A stretch of 64,000 nt of DNA from an uncultured bacterium. GTDB lineage: Bacteria; Hydrothermota; UBA3073; NMUJ01; CBEVQO01. Shown piece by piece: positions 19,673-29,338 of this stretch (its first letter is position 1; each line of letters begins with the position of its first letter). The notes beneath the pieces were generated by a model. It searched no databases and had not been told where the DNA came from. It worked only from the letters and a program-made list of their open reading frames with translations. The stretch spans positions 384,001 through 448,000 of the forward strand of contig CBEVQO010000002.1 of the NCBI GenBank assembly GCA_965552055.1, read 5' to 3'. The position numbers were made by a program, and so were the translations under genes.

Positions 19673-20178
19673 ATAGGTATATCTCTGTTTATAATCCATA
19701 AATCCCATTTGTAAGGTAGGGGTTGATTTTCGCATAATAACTTAAATTCTTCATAGGTAAATCTGTCTTTTTTTCTTTCAAATCTTACTTTTTCGGGTGC
19801 GTCAACTACGATTATCATATCGAATAGCTCTTCGAGCCTCCATTTACCTATCAATGCACAATCCACAACCACAACAGGATAAACACTTTTTGCAATCTCT
19901 ATCTCCTTTATTAATTCACAAATCAAAACAGGATGAACTATTCGGTTTAATTTCTTCAACTTTTCTTCATCTCTCAAAACAATCTCTTTTAGCGCTGGAC
20001 ATTTATAAACTCCGAACTCTTTTAAAATTTTCGCTTTTACTTCGGGAAATTCCCTAACTTTCCAGCCAATTTCATCTGCACTTATTACCTTTGCACCCAT
20101 TTTTTTGAAATATTCACAGATAAAAGTTTTGCCTGCTCCTGTTTTGCCTGTCACAGCTATCAAAAATCCATTAGCCAT
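19597..20178 (-). CDS. coaE: Dephospho-CoA kinase
   Basis: IAVTGKTGAGKT, ISADEI, IVHP, VVVDCAL; last ~25 aa are encoded by repeat copy A. Confidence 0.85.
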   Translation of the reverse strand: MANGFLIAVTGKTGAGKTFICEYFKKMGAKVISADEIGWKVREFPEVKAKILKEFGVYKCPALKEIVLRDEEKLKKLNRIVHPVLICELIKEIEIAKSVYPVVVVDCALIGKWRLEELFDMIIVVDAPEKVRFERKKDRFTYEEFKLLCENQPLPYKWDLWIINRDIPIIFSPSSQSPPSPLHSPRITPLLTI

Positions 20179-21362
20179 TTTATCCTCTCTTTCGCATAGT
20201 TTAACTCATCCTCTTCTTTTATCTTCCCATCAATGCGCGCTGATAGAACATCGTCTAAAATTTGCTTAAAAAGAGGAGAAGGTTTTAAACCCATCTTTTT
20301 CAAATCTTCACCCGTTATCTTTAATCTAAAATCTTTCAATTCTTTTAAAAATTTCTCTATTTTCTGTGTCACATCTTTGAAATTTGCATAAATATAACAT
20401 AAATTTGGCATGGGCACATCTTTTAAACAAAAATATATTTCACTATTTGATTTTGCTCTTTTCAAATTTTCTGCTCTACTAATGTCTTCCTTTAATCTAT
20501 TTGCACATTTCTTCTCATAATATTTGGGCTCATACAAAACTGGCTTTTCTGGATTTAAGAGAAGCATATAGTAATAAAACCATTTATCTTCTTTTATCTT
20601 TGCAATCTCTATGAATTTATCTGCCATTTTAAAATTTTCTTCATCACATAATTTGAGAGAAAGTAAAGAGAGAATACCGTATTCTTCCAGTTTCTTTATC
20701 ATTTCGTATCTTTTTTCTTCTTCCAGTATTAATTTTATTTCGTTTCTTATTCTTTCGGGTGTCAATAATTTAATGTAAGACACTGCTTCTTTTAATAACT
20801 TTTCTGTTTTTTCTTCTATTTCGAAAGAAAACCTCATTGCAAATCTTACAGCTCTGAAAATCCTTGTTGGGTCATCAATAAAACTTTTATCGTGTAAAAT
20901 CCTTATCTTCTTTGCTTTTATATCATCAATTCCTTTAAATGGGTCTATTAATTTCTCTTCTTTAATATCGAGTGCTATTGCATTTATTGTGAAATCTCTT
21001 CGAAAAAGGTCATCTTCTATTTTGCCGAAAGATACTCGGGGTAGAACCGCTGGTGATGGATATTCTTCTTTCCTTGTCATTGCAAAGTCAATCCTGAAAT
21101 CTTCTATCTCAATGGTAGCGGTGCCGAATTGCGGATATCTTGTTATTTTGCCTTTTAAAATCTTGTTTAATTTTTGGGCAAATTCTATTGCATCTCCTTC
21201 AATGCAAATATCCAGATCTTTTTTCAGATTTTTACCCATAATTAGGTCGCGTACAGGTCCTCCCACAAGGAAAGCCCTTGTTTTTTCTTTTTCACACAAA
21301 TTTTTTATTTCATCAAGGATTTTTTTTATTTGCGGGTCAACGATGGTGATAATCTTTCCCAT
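20160..21362 (-). CDS. cca: tRNA nucleotidyltransferase (CCA/A-adding family)
   Basis: VGGPVRD..DLD, DDLFRRDFTINA, SFIDDPTRIFRAVRF, ERIRNE. Confidence 0.88.
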   Translation of the reverse strand: MGKIITIVDPQIKKILDEIKNLCEKEKTRAFLVGGPVRDLIMGKNLKKDLDICIEGDAIEFAQKLNKILKGKITRYPQFGTATIEIEDFRIDFAMTRKEEYPSPAVLPRVSFGKIEDDLFRRDFTINAIALDIKEEKLIDPFKGIDDIKAKKIRILHDKSFIDDPTRIFRAVRFAMRFSFEIEEKTEKLLKEAVSYIKLLTPERIRNEIKLILEEEKRYEMIKKLEEYGILSLLSLKLCDEENFKMADKFIEIAKIKEDKWFYYYMLLLNPEKPVLYEPKYYEKKCANRLKEDISRAENLKRAKSNSEIYFCLKDVPMPNLCYIYANFKDVTQKIEKFLKELKDFRLKITGEDLKKMGLKPSPLFKQILDDVLSARIDGKIKEEDELNYAKERIKWLMDF

Positions 21363-22213
21363 TCATAAACTATAGGTGCTACTATGAAAATTGACGAATA
21401 TGTTCCAACGATTACTCCAATTGTTAGTGTCAAAGCAAAATCGCGAATAACATATCCACCAAAGATTAAAAGAGTAATAAGCACAAAAAGGGTTGTGAGA
21501 GATGTAATAACCGTTCTGTTCAACACCTGATTTATACTCATATTTATTATATCAAATATCGGCTTTTTTCTTACAAATCTGAGATTTTCTCTAACTCTAT
21601 CGGATAATACGATTGAGTCATTTATTGAATAGCCAATGATTGTTAAGATTGCTGCCATTATCGCGGGTGTTATTTCTTTATTTAGTATTGATAGGAGACC
21701 TATTGTGATTATAACATCGTGCACTAATGCAAGTATTGATGCCACTCCGAATCTAAAATTAAATCTTATTGAAATATAAATTAGCATAACGATTATTCCG
21801 AAGAATACCATCCAGAATGCCCTTTTTCTTAACTCTGCTGAAATCATCGGACCTATTGTTTTTACCATCTCGATTTCCGGTTCTTTATCTTTCAATTCTT
21901 CCTGAATTAGTTCAGCTATTGGGGTTTCTTTTTTTCCTCTTATTAAAAATTTATTTTCTCCTGCTATTTCCTGTATTGATACATCGCGGTATCCTTTATC
22001 TGCGAAAATTTTCCTTATTTCTTCGATATTTACTTTCTTCCTGAATCCACAGGTTATTATTTTACCGCCTGTGAATTCCACACCGTATCTTAAGCCTTTA
22101 TGTGTGATTATTGATACAACTCCTGCTATTGCGAGTGCCAGTGATAAAAAGTAGCAGAATTTACGGATGCCAAGGAAATTTATATTGATACCTTCTGGAA
22201 AAATCCTCAACAT
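21326..22213 (-). CDS. secF: Protein translocase subunit SecF
   Basis: GVEFTGG, IGYSINDSIVLSDRVREN, RTVITSLTT, GTYSSIF. Start moved to ATG 22213 based on the promoter. Confidence 0.93.
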   Translation of the reverse strand: MLRIFPEGININFLGIRKFCYFLSLALAIAGVVSIITHKGLRYGVEFTGGKIITCGFRKKVNIEEIRKIFADKGYRDVSIQEIAGENKFLIRGKKETPIAELIQEELKDKEPEIEMVKTIGPMISAELRKRAFWMVFFGIIVMLIYISIRFNFRFGVASILALVHDVIITIGLLSILNKEITPAIMAAILTIIGYSINDSIVLSDRVRENLRFVRKKPIFDIINMSINQVLNRTVITSLTTLFVLITLLIFGGYVIRDFALTLTIGVIVGTYSSIFIVAPIVYEWERLSPSLTRK

Positions 22214-22220
22214 ATCAAAA

Positions 22221-22247
22221 AGAATAAACAAAATGTGAGTTTGTCAA
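22221..22247 (-). promoter_or_regulatory. promoter TTGACA-N15-TATTCT, apparently leaderless secF
   Basis: ATG 7 nt after -10. Confidence 0.65.
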
Positions 22248-22275
22248 GGATTTGTTTGAAATTTTTAAGTGAAAT

Positions 22276-22479
22276 TTATATTCCGTCTGTGGTCTCAGAA
22301 ACTTTGTACTCTTTTAAGGTCTTCTCATATACGATTTCTATTTTCTCTACATTAGTTGAATGTGGCTCAACATAAACTGGCATTTCTTTTTCCTCGAATT
22401 TTTCGTTTGGTGAATTATACATCATCTTTATCTGTCCGAAAGGCAAAATATTTATAGAAATTTTTATGTTTTCAGCCAC
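22276..22479 (-). CDS. Small hypothetical protein
   Basis: 67 aa; GTG start preceded by strong SD AAGGAGGTGA overlapping the end of the upstream gene. Confidence 0.55.
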   Translation of the reverse strand: MAENIKISINILPFGQIKMMYNSPNEKFEEKEMPVYVEPHSTNVEKIEIVYEKTLKEYKVSETTDGI

Positions 22480-22482
22480 AAC

Positions 22483-23511
22483 TCACCTCCTTTTATATTT
22501 CTTCAACCCATCGGGTGGCAGCTGCAATCCTATATTTATGTTTATTTGAGGATTTGGTGGTATGTTCCTCTTTTTCCTTAATTCAATGTTCGTTTTGAAT
22601 ACATGTAATTTTTTTGTACTTTCGATAATCGCTATAGGTAGGTCTTCTATCTGATGTTCGTCCTTATCTTTTAGAATAATTTCTGGATGAATGGGCTCTC
22701 GGAGTTTTAGAAATTCTTCATATTTTAAATACAATTCCCACATTAGATTTTCGAGTTCTTCATCGGAGTATTCCACAGGGAGTCCTATATCTTTTGCCTC
22801 TCGCCTACCGATAGCGTGTCCGTGAGAATAAATTTTTTCTGTCAATGTTTCTATAATTGTAGATATTTTTTCTTCATCAAGTTTCTCCTTCCTTGAAGTT
22901 AGAAGTTTCCGTGCTACAAGTCTAATGTGATGATGCTGTCTGTTTACACTCCCTAATGTTAAAGGACCTATCTGGTTGATTAAAGAGCCTAATATATTTG
23001 CCACGGCGTCTTGATCATTGATATTTGCTCGTTCTTTTACAAATGATAAAAATGAGTTAACATCTTCAACTGCAATTTCCTGAGGTGGCACTGCAGTTTC
23101 ACCTATTGTGGCTTTAACCAGTGTAGGATCAATAGGTCCTAATTCTGCTTTCTTTCCCATTATAATATTATCTGCACCCATGGATAGTAAAGTAGCGGCA
23201 CTTTGAGCTCTATATGGTATCAACACATTAAACTCGTCACAAAATTCTCTTATCATACTGACAATTCTCCATGGCACGCTTACATCTCCACCTCTACTAT
23301 ACAAAAAGAGGTCTATGTGTTTTTTATCTTCAGTGAATTCTAAACTTAGCAAATGGTCGTATAACGGTCTTACAGCATCTTCCGCAATGCGCGCACCTAA
23401 TGGATGTCTATCTCCTGTGAAATACACTATAACTTTACTTTGCCTTTTTTGCTCTATTTTTTCTATCAAGCCTTTACGGATAGATTTATTTAAATCTTCT
23501 TCTATTCCCAT
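22483..23511 (-). CDS. SDH-family Clp-fold serine protease, possibly 3'-truncated
   Basis: DLFLYSRGG, AQSAATLL, LGPIDP, HGHAI. Start moved to ATG 23511 based on the promoter. Confidence 0.8.
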   Translation of the reverse strand: MGIEEDLNKSIRKGLIEKIEQKRQSKVIVYFTGDRHPLGARIAEDAVRPLYDHLLSLEFTEDKKHIDLFLYSRGGDVSVPWRIVSMIREFCDEFNVLIPYRAQSAATLLSMGADNIIMGKKAELGPIDPTLVKATIGETAVPPQEIAVEDVNSFLSFVKERANINDQDAVANILGSLINQIGPLTLGSVNRQHHHIRLVARKLLTSRKEKLDEEKISTIIETLTEKIYSHGHAIGRREAKDIGLPVEYSDEELENLMWELYLKYEEFLKLREPIHPEIILKDKDEHQIEDLPIAIIESTKKLHVFKTNIELRKKRNIPPNPQININIGLQLPPDGLKKYKRR

Positions 23512-23518
23512 CTTTATT

Positions 23519-23545
23519 AATTTAATCAAAAACACTTTTTGTCAA
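23519..23545 (-). promoter_or_regulatory. promoter TTGACA-N15-TAAATT, apparently leaderless (ATG 23511)
   Basis: Read from sequence. Confidence 0.7.
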
Positions 23546-23573
23546 CTCATTTTAGTCAAAAATTTACATAAAT

Positions 23574-23682
23574 TAATGCGAGCGTAAGCGAGCCTGTTAC
23601 ATATGGGTTGTGAGCCAACACCCCGACTGAAAGGAGGGGTGTGCACGAGGGCGGTGGGGACTGGGAGGCGGGGCTAAAAATT
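23574..23682 (+). repeat. GC-rich intergenic element copy B
   Basis: taatgcgagcgtaagcgagc; ttacatatgggttg; acacccc/ggggtgt stem; ggg cggt gggg act ggg aggc gggg ctaaaaatt. Confidence 0.8.
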
Positions 23683-24197
23683 TAATAACTTAAATAAAGG
23701 GTTATTCCTGTTCCTTTCAATACTTCTGAATTTTCGGGTGGCGATGTCCTTACTACATGGTTTGAAGGCAGGTCGCTTTCTACATATTTTATCCTTTCAA
23801 TTCTGAAACCTTTATCGAGTAGAAGCTCTATTGCTTTCGCAGCAGGCAATCCCCTTACAAATGGTATAACAACTTTCTCATATCCTGCACTTACTATCAA
23901 ATGCACTTCTCTTCCTTTTTTTACTCTCTTTGTTGGCAAAGGTTTTTGTGATATTACATAACCTTTTGGTACCGTTGGGTCATATCTTGTGGTATCGACC
24001 ACTGGCACGAGTCCTGCACTTTTCAGTATTTCTCGTGCAATATCAAGTGGCTTGCCACACACCTCCGGCACTTCCACCACAGCATGTGCGCGTGTTAGCC
24101 AAGGCATCACAATGTAATTTGCAATTATTAGACCTACAAAAAATGTCCCTGTAAATATCAATGCAACTGCACCAAGTAATTTCAAGAAGTTACGCAT
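23682..24197 (-). CDS. Membrane-anchored PASTA-domain protein
   Basis: One TM, two PASTA repeats (VPEVCG...VISQKP; IPFVRG...VVRTSP). Start at ATG 24197. Confidence 0.88.
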   Translation of the reverse strand: MRNFLKLLGAVALIFTGTFFVGLIIANYIVMPWLTRAHAVVEVPEVCGKPLDIAREILKSAGLVPVVDTTRYDPTVPKGYVISQKPLPTKRVKKGREVHLIVSAGYEKVVIPFVRGLPAAKAIELLLDKGFRIERIKYVESDLPSNHVVRTSPPENSEVLKGTGITLYLSY

Positions 24198-24855
24198 TTT
24201 GCAATACACAAACAAAATGCCCAAGATATCCCTTAAAAATTTTTAAAAAACACCAGCCAGTATCATCGCAGATTGTTCTAACATCATCGGGTGATAACAA
24301 AAATAAATTAAACCAGTCACCTATTAATCCCTTATATTCTGCACGCAAATGTAAAATGCCATCTTTTGCCTCGGGAAAGTGCGACGGCTCTGTTGAAGAA
24401 CCTATCAGAAAGCCTCCCTTTTTTGTTATCCTCTTTATCTCTTTAAAAAGCAATAAAGTATTTTTGTAATCACCGCAGATTCCAAAGCCATTTCCCAGCA
24501 ATAAAACTGTATCGAACATATTTTCTTTAAAGGGCAAAAACGGAGCTCTGCCACACACGATTTTAACACCTCTATTTTTTACAATCCTGCAAATCGTATT
24601 ATTCATATCAAATGCTATTACTTTTATTTTTTTCCTCAAAAGATAAACAGAATGCCTGCCTGCACCACAGCCAATATCGAGCGTCAAACCCTTTGCATAT
24701 TTCAATGCTTTAATTTCCTCGGAAAGAACACCATCATAATATAATGCAATTATTTCTCTGTCAACAATTCCGCTTTTTCTTCTTACAACAAATTCTACAT
24801 CCTCACCATTTATAAAATCACAAATCGCCTGCGCGAATAACTCGTAACTATCCAT
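24190..24855 (-). CDS. Class I SAM-dependent methyltransferase
   Basis: LDIGCGAGRH, FDTVLLLGNGFG. Confidence 0.88.
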   Translation of the reverse strand: MDSYELFAQAICDFINGEDVEFVVRRKSGIVDREIIALYYDGVLSEEIKALKYAKGLTLDIGCGAGRHSVYLLRKKIKVIAFDMNNTICRIVKNRGVKIVCGRAPFLPFKENMFDTVLLLGNGFGICGDYKNTLLLFKEIKRITKKGGFLIGSSTEPSHFPEAKDGILHLRAEYKGLIGDWFNLFLLSPDDVRTICDDTGWCFLKIFKGYLGHFVCVLQNA

Positions 24856-25916
24856 TAAAACGGAGTAAAATCAATATCTTTACTTAATCTTTCTATAAAT
24901 TTTGCGAGTAATTTTGCAATATTTTCAAGGTCTGACAATTCGAGCACCTCCACAGGTGTGTGAATGTATCTGCAAGGTATTGACACCAGACCCGCTGCTA
25001 CTCCTGCTCTCGTAAGCTGTATAACATTTGCATCGGTGGGAGTCCCTCTTTCTATTCCTTCAACCTGATATGGTATTTTCTCTTCTTCTGCTGTTTTAAT
25101 CAGCAGCTCAAAAACTTTCGGATTTATATTTGGTCCCCTTGCGATTACTGGACCCTTTCCGAGTTTTATCTCGCCTATTTCCTTTGCATCAACGGTGGGA
25201 TAATCTGTAGCAATAGTTACATCAATTGCAATACCTACATCTGGCTGTATACCGTAGGCACTCGTTTTCGCACCCCTTAGCCCTATTTCTTCCTGAACAG
25301 TGGCAACCCCATAAACTCCTGCTTCTATTTTTTTGCCTTTTAATAATTTTAAAACTTCGCTAACAACAAATGCACCTGCTTTGTCATCAAAACCCCTTCC
25401 CATTACTCTCTTCTCATTCAGTTTCTCGAATTTAACTGCTGGTACAGCAGGGTCGCCAATGGATACAAGTTCTTCTGCTTCCTTTTTAGACGCTACTCCT
25501 ATATCAATCCACATATCCTTAAATTTCACAACCTTTTCTCTTTCTTCTGCTTCCATTACATGGATGGGCTTTTTACCGACAGCTCCTATTACTATTCCTT
25601 TTTTACCTTTTATCATCAATCTTTCACCGGGCACAAGATGGCGGTCAACACCTCCTATTGGCTTAAAGTAGAGAAAGCCTTTATCATCTATGTATTTTAT
25701 CATAAAACCGATTTCATCGATATGTCCTGCAAGCATCACTCTTGGTCTGCCTTCTTTATTCAGTACAGCTATCGTATTACCGTGAACATCCGTGCGTATT
25801 TCGTCGCAGTAAGCATTTGTACGCTCTTTCCATATCTTTACTGCGTCTCCTTCAAAGCCCGATGGACTCATAGCATCACATAACTTCTGTAAGAATTCTA
25901 AACTCTCCCTATCCAT
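24855..25916 (-). CDS. M42 family metallo-aminopeptidase
   Basis: PSGFE, GHIDEIG, FDDKAG, QEEIGLRGA, DVT, RYIHTP. Start at ATG 25916 after SD AGGGGG. Confidence 0.92.
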   Translation of the reverse strand: MDRESLEFLQKLCDAMSPSGFEGDAVKIWKERTNAYCDEIRTDVHGNTIAVLNKEGRPRVMLAGHIDEIGFMIKYIDDKGFLYFKPIGGVDRHLVPGERLMIKGKKGIVIGAVGKKPIHVMEAEEREKVVKFKDMWIDIGVASKKEAEELVSIGDPAVPAVKFEKLNEKRVMGRGFDDKAGAFVVSEVLKLLKGKKIEAGVYGVATVQEEIGLRGAKTSAYGIQPDVGIAIDVTIATDYPTVDAKEIGEIKLGKGPVIARGPNINPKVFELLIKTAEEEKIPYQVEGIERGTPTDANVIQLTRAGVAAGLVSIPCRYIHTPVEVLELSDLENIAKLLAKFIERLSKDIDFTPF

Positions 25917-25924
25917 TGCACCCC

Positions 25925-28756
25925 CTATCTTTGAGACCTGCAAATATTCTTATAAGGACAACCACGACACCTATATTCATCTTCACAATCCGCTGGATAT
26001 TCACCAGAAAATATTAATCTCATATAATTTTGTAACTTATCTTTCGCTTCTTCTATCTGAGAATCCAATACAAAGCCATCAGAAAGTAATTTCAACTTTA
26101 TTCCATCATCATGTATAAAATAAAAACCAAAATTCAACTTTTTACCGGGATATGCTTTTGATAACAGATAAAGATAAACATCGGGTTGCGTCATCTCCTT
26201 CCATATCCTTCCTCCTGCTCTCGGTGAAGAATGCTTGTAATCAATAATCTGGATACCCCGTCCATAAATACCATCAACTTCATCAATTCTATCAACTTTA
26301 CCTTTTAACTTTATCTTCCTTCCATCGAATTCAAATTTTTCTTCAAACCATTTTTCTGTTGCTATCACTTTAAAAGGAAATCTATACCGACGACGCTTCT
26401 CTTCTATTAAAAATTGAATCAGCAAGGGTAAAATTCTTTCAACCTGACTGCTCAAAAGATATTTATCGGCGATTATTCTGTCTCTCACGGCTTCTTCTAT
26501 TTTTTTATCAATCACTTTTTTCAATTCATCCTCATCAAAATCTTCTCCTATCATATCTCTGCATTCATTCAACACTTCATGTATTATGCTTCCTCTATCG
26601 ATTAATCTCATCGATGGCTCTGCTATTAACGGCTCTTTTATTTTCATAAGCTTTCTCATGTAAAATTTAAATTTGCACTGTACCAGATTATCAAAATCCG
26701 ATGCCGATAACTCTTCGATCTTTATCATATCTAATGGAATCCTGGCAACATTTTCTCTATTTGCTCTTTTTATTATCTCACTTACATTTTGAAATTCAAA
26801 TATTTTCCCATATTCTCCATGCAAATAACATAAATTTTTCTCGACATCGTCTTTACAAAATGCTTTATCAATTGAAGGCACATAAGCGAACTGCATATAA
26901 TCATCTTCTTCTTTATCTTCACGCAATCTCAAAACAGCCTCAATAAAACCAGATGGTAATAAAGGTCTACCTTCGCTATCCACAGAACTATAAGTTAAAA
27001 AAACTTTCTCCCTTGCAGTTAAAAGTGCAAAATAAAAAAGTAAAGGCTCTTCCTGATGTCTCCTCTTTGATGTGCTGAATACATTCCTCTTAAAAATTCT
27101 GTTAATTTCTTCTTTAACTTCATCTGCAAGATATGGGCTTTCATAATGTTTCTCCGGGAAAACTCCGTCGTTCAATCCTATACAGAATACAACTTTGAAT
27201 CTTAATCCAACAGCATCGTAAACATTTAAAACCTTAACACCATCAAATTTGTGCCAGTCAGAAGGCAAACTTATATCCTTTAAAGCATAGCTTAATGTAT
27301 CAACAAAATCCTGCAATTCAAAATCATAATTAAAAAGCCTGTAAGATAACAAAATTCTTTCGAATACATTCATAATGTTTTCAACAGCGATAGCATCTTT
27401 TCCTTCGAAAACTTTATATTTATCCACAATTTCATAAAACTTTTTTCTAAATTTATTCACGGAATTTGTTTTTAATTCTTTCACATCATCTATGAACTTT
27501 TTGATAAATTTTGCACAATTTTTTTCTTCACGCCTGTTTATATCTGCTTCCAAATCTGTATCTGCTTTTTTTCTTCGTCTACGCATTATCTCTGATTTTT
27601 CACAATATTCCTCATAACACTCCCAAAAAGTTCTGTGAGAATCACGAATATAACCCGTTTGCAGTAAAAGTGTCTCTATAAAGAAGTTAGAAGGCTTATT
27701 TTTCAAGAAGTCCGAGCTTAAAATCTTACGCAAAGCATCGCGCTCAAAATCCTTATCAGGAAGTGATAAAAGTTCTATCAAAAATTTAGTCAAAGGCAAA
27801 ACTATAAGTGGTAAACTTCTCCTGAAAGAAAAAGGTATCCCCCATTTTTTAAATTCCCTGTCAATAACAGGACCATAAAGCGTCATATTACGGACAATAA
27901 CAGCGATGTCATCAACATTATAGCCTTCATCGATCAACTCAAGTATTTTCCTTGCGACAAATTCCACCTCTCTAAAAATTCCTTCGCATTTTATTATTTT
28001 TACGGATTTCTCTCCTTTATACGGCTTAAAACCTTCTTCTTTCAATCTATCGGGTGTTTTGAAAATGTAGGCAAAAATATGCTTTAACTCTTCTGGATAA
28101 TCTTCTTCTGGCATTTCAAACAAAGGATTTGGGTCTATTGCTGTGAATCTTTCTCCGAGTTTCTCAAAGCTGCGGATGACCGGCTGGACAAAACGGAAAG
28201 CATCTTCACGCCATGGGTCATAAGGAACACGCACAAATAACCTGCCACCACGCTTTGCAAGCAGTTCACCGAGTTTGAAAATGAATTGCAACTGCATATA
28301 AGTGGGATTATAAAAACCTTCAAAAATTATCTCATCAAGGTCAGGAGGAAATAAATCTTCGAGATTTTCATAAATTATCCTCTCTTTATCAATATGGTCA
28401 ATGAAGCCCAATTTTCCTTTCAATCTTTCATATCGTTCATAAACATCTGCTATCAACTTAAGATGTCCCCCTATTTTCTTTGCTACTTCTTTCAGCTCGT
28501 ATGGCGTTATCATCGCCTGCTTTAATTCTCTTATGAATTCTATCATCTGATGGGCTCCAAATTCTTTCCCCATCTTTTTTCTTATTTCTTTAACAAGCAT
28601 GTATTCCATAAAATCATGAATAACTGGCTTTTTTTCTTTTAATTTTCTATAAAGAAATTCTATAAATTCTTGAAATGTAACTATCTGCCAGCCGTTTGCA
28701 TTTCCTATTTTTCGCAATTCATATTCTTTCCTTATTGTATTTGGCACTATTTTCAT
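25925..28756 (-). CDS. AddB/RexB-like helicase-fold protein with C-terminal PD-(D/E)xK nuclease
   Basis: REVEFVARKI, GLRFKVVFCIGL, LKGKVDRID...IIDYK, Cys cluster (QCKF; CRGCPYKNIC). Start at ATG 28756 overlapping the osmC-like stop. Confidence 0.8.
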   Translation of the reverse strand: MKIVPNTIRKEYELRKIGNANGWQIVTFQEFIEFLYRKLKEKKPVIHDFMEYMLVKEIRKKMGKEFGAHQMIEFIRELKQAMITPYELKEVAKKIGGHLKLIADVYERYERLKGKLGFIDHIDKERIIYENLEDLFPPDLDEIIFEGFYNPTYMQLQFIFKLGELLAKRGGRLFVRVPYDPWREDAFRFVQPVIRSFEKLGERFTAIDPNPLFEMPEEDYPEELKHIFAYIFKTPDRLKEEGFKPYKGEKSVKIIKCEGIFREVEFVARKILELIDEGYNVDDIAVIVRNMTLYGPVIDREFKKWGIPFSFRRSLPLIVLPLTKFLIELLSLPDKDFERDALRKILSSDFLKNKPSNFFIETLLLQTGYIRDSHRTFWECYEEYCEKSEIMRRRRKKADTDLEADINRREEKNCAKFIKKFIDDVKELKTNSVNKFRKKFYEIVDKYKVFEGKDAIAVENIMNVFERILLSYRLFNYDFELQDFVDTLSYALKDISLPSDWHKFDGVKVLNVYDAVGLRFKVVFCIGLNDGVFPEKHYESPYLADEVKEEINRIFKRNVFSTSKRRHQEEPLLFYFALLTAREKVFLTYSSVDSEGRPLLPSGFIEAVLRLREDKEEDDYMQFAYVPSIDKAFCKDDVEKNLCYLHGEYGKIFEFQNVSEIIKRANRENVARIPLDMIKIEELSASDFDNLVQCKFKFYMRKLMKIKEPLIAEPSMRLIDRGSIIHEVLNECRDMIGEDFDEDELKKVIDKKIEEAVRDRIIADKYLLSSQVERILPLLIQFLIEEKRRRYRFPFKVIATEKWFEEKFEFDGRKIKLKGKVDRIDEVDGIYGRGIQIIDYKHSSPRAGGRIWKEMTQPDVYLYLLSKAYPGKKLNFGFYFIHDDGIKLKLLSDGFVLDSQIEEAKDKLQNYMRLIFSGEYPADCEDEYRCRGCPYKNICRSQR

Positions 28757-29163
28757 TCTATTTTTATTTCGTAATCTATCTTTGCTGTCTTTTTGAGCAT
28801 AGCTCCAACAGAGCAATATTTTTCCTGTGATAATTCAACTGCTTTTTTTACTTTTTGTGGGTCTAAATTTTCGCCTTTTAAAATATAAATTAATTTAATA
28901 TCTGTAAAAACTCGTGGATGTTCGATTTTTCTTTCTGCCTCTATTTTTATTTTAAAATCTTTTACATTTTGCTTCATTTTCTTCAATATTGCGATTACAT
29001 CCATAGCCGTGCATCCTGCTTCTGCTACCAGCACCAGTTCCATTGGACATGGACCTGCGTTTTCACCGCCGTATTTCGGTAGAGAATCCATAAGAATTTT
29101 GTGACCGGTTTCTGTTTGAGCTTCAAATTTCATTCCACCGCACCATGAAAGCTCTGCATACAT
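28753..29163 (-). CDS. OsmC/YhfA family protein
   Basis: PMELVL..AGCTAMDV and EKYCSV motifs. Confidence 0.9.
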   Translation of the reverse strand: MYAELSWCGGMKFEAQTETGHKILMDSLPKYGGENAGPCPMELVLVAEAGCTAMDVIAILKKMKQNVKDFKIKIEAERKIEHPRVFTDIKLIYILKGENLDPQKVKKAVELSQEKYCSVGAMLKKTAKIDYEIKIE

Positions 29164-29180
29164 AATCCCTCCATACTTCT

Positions 29181-29207
29181 ATTTTACTCTATCTGCAGTA
29201 ATGTCAA
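29181..29207 (-). promoter_or_regulatory. promoter TTGACA-N15-TAAAAT, short leader with SD GGAGG
   Basis: Read from sequence. Confidence 0.75.
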
Positions 29208-29338
29208 GGTTAAATCACAATTAAAAGGTGAAAATTTCTTTTAAATCATTCTCTGACAATATTTTTTCTTGCCATTTTTAAGAAAATTTTTGTTTTCTTA
29301 ATATCTTTTCGGAAAACAAGCAATAAAAATAAAATAAT

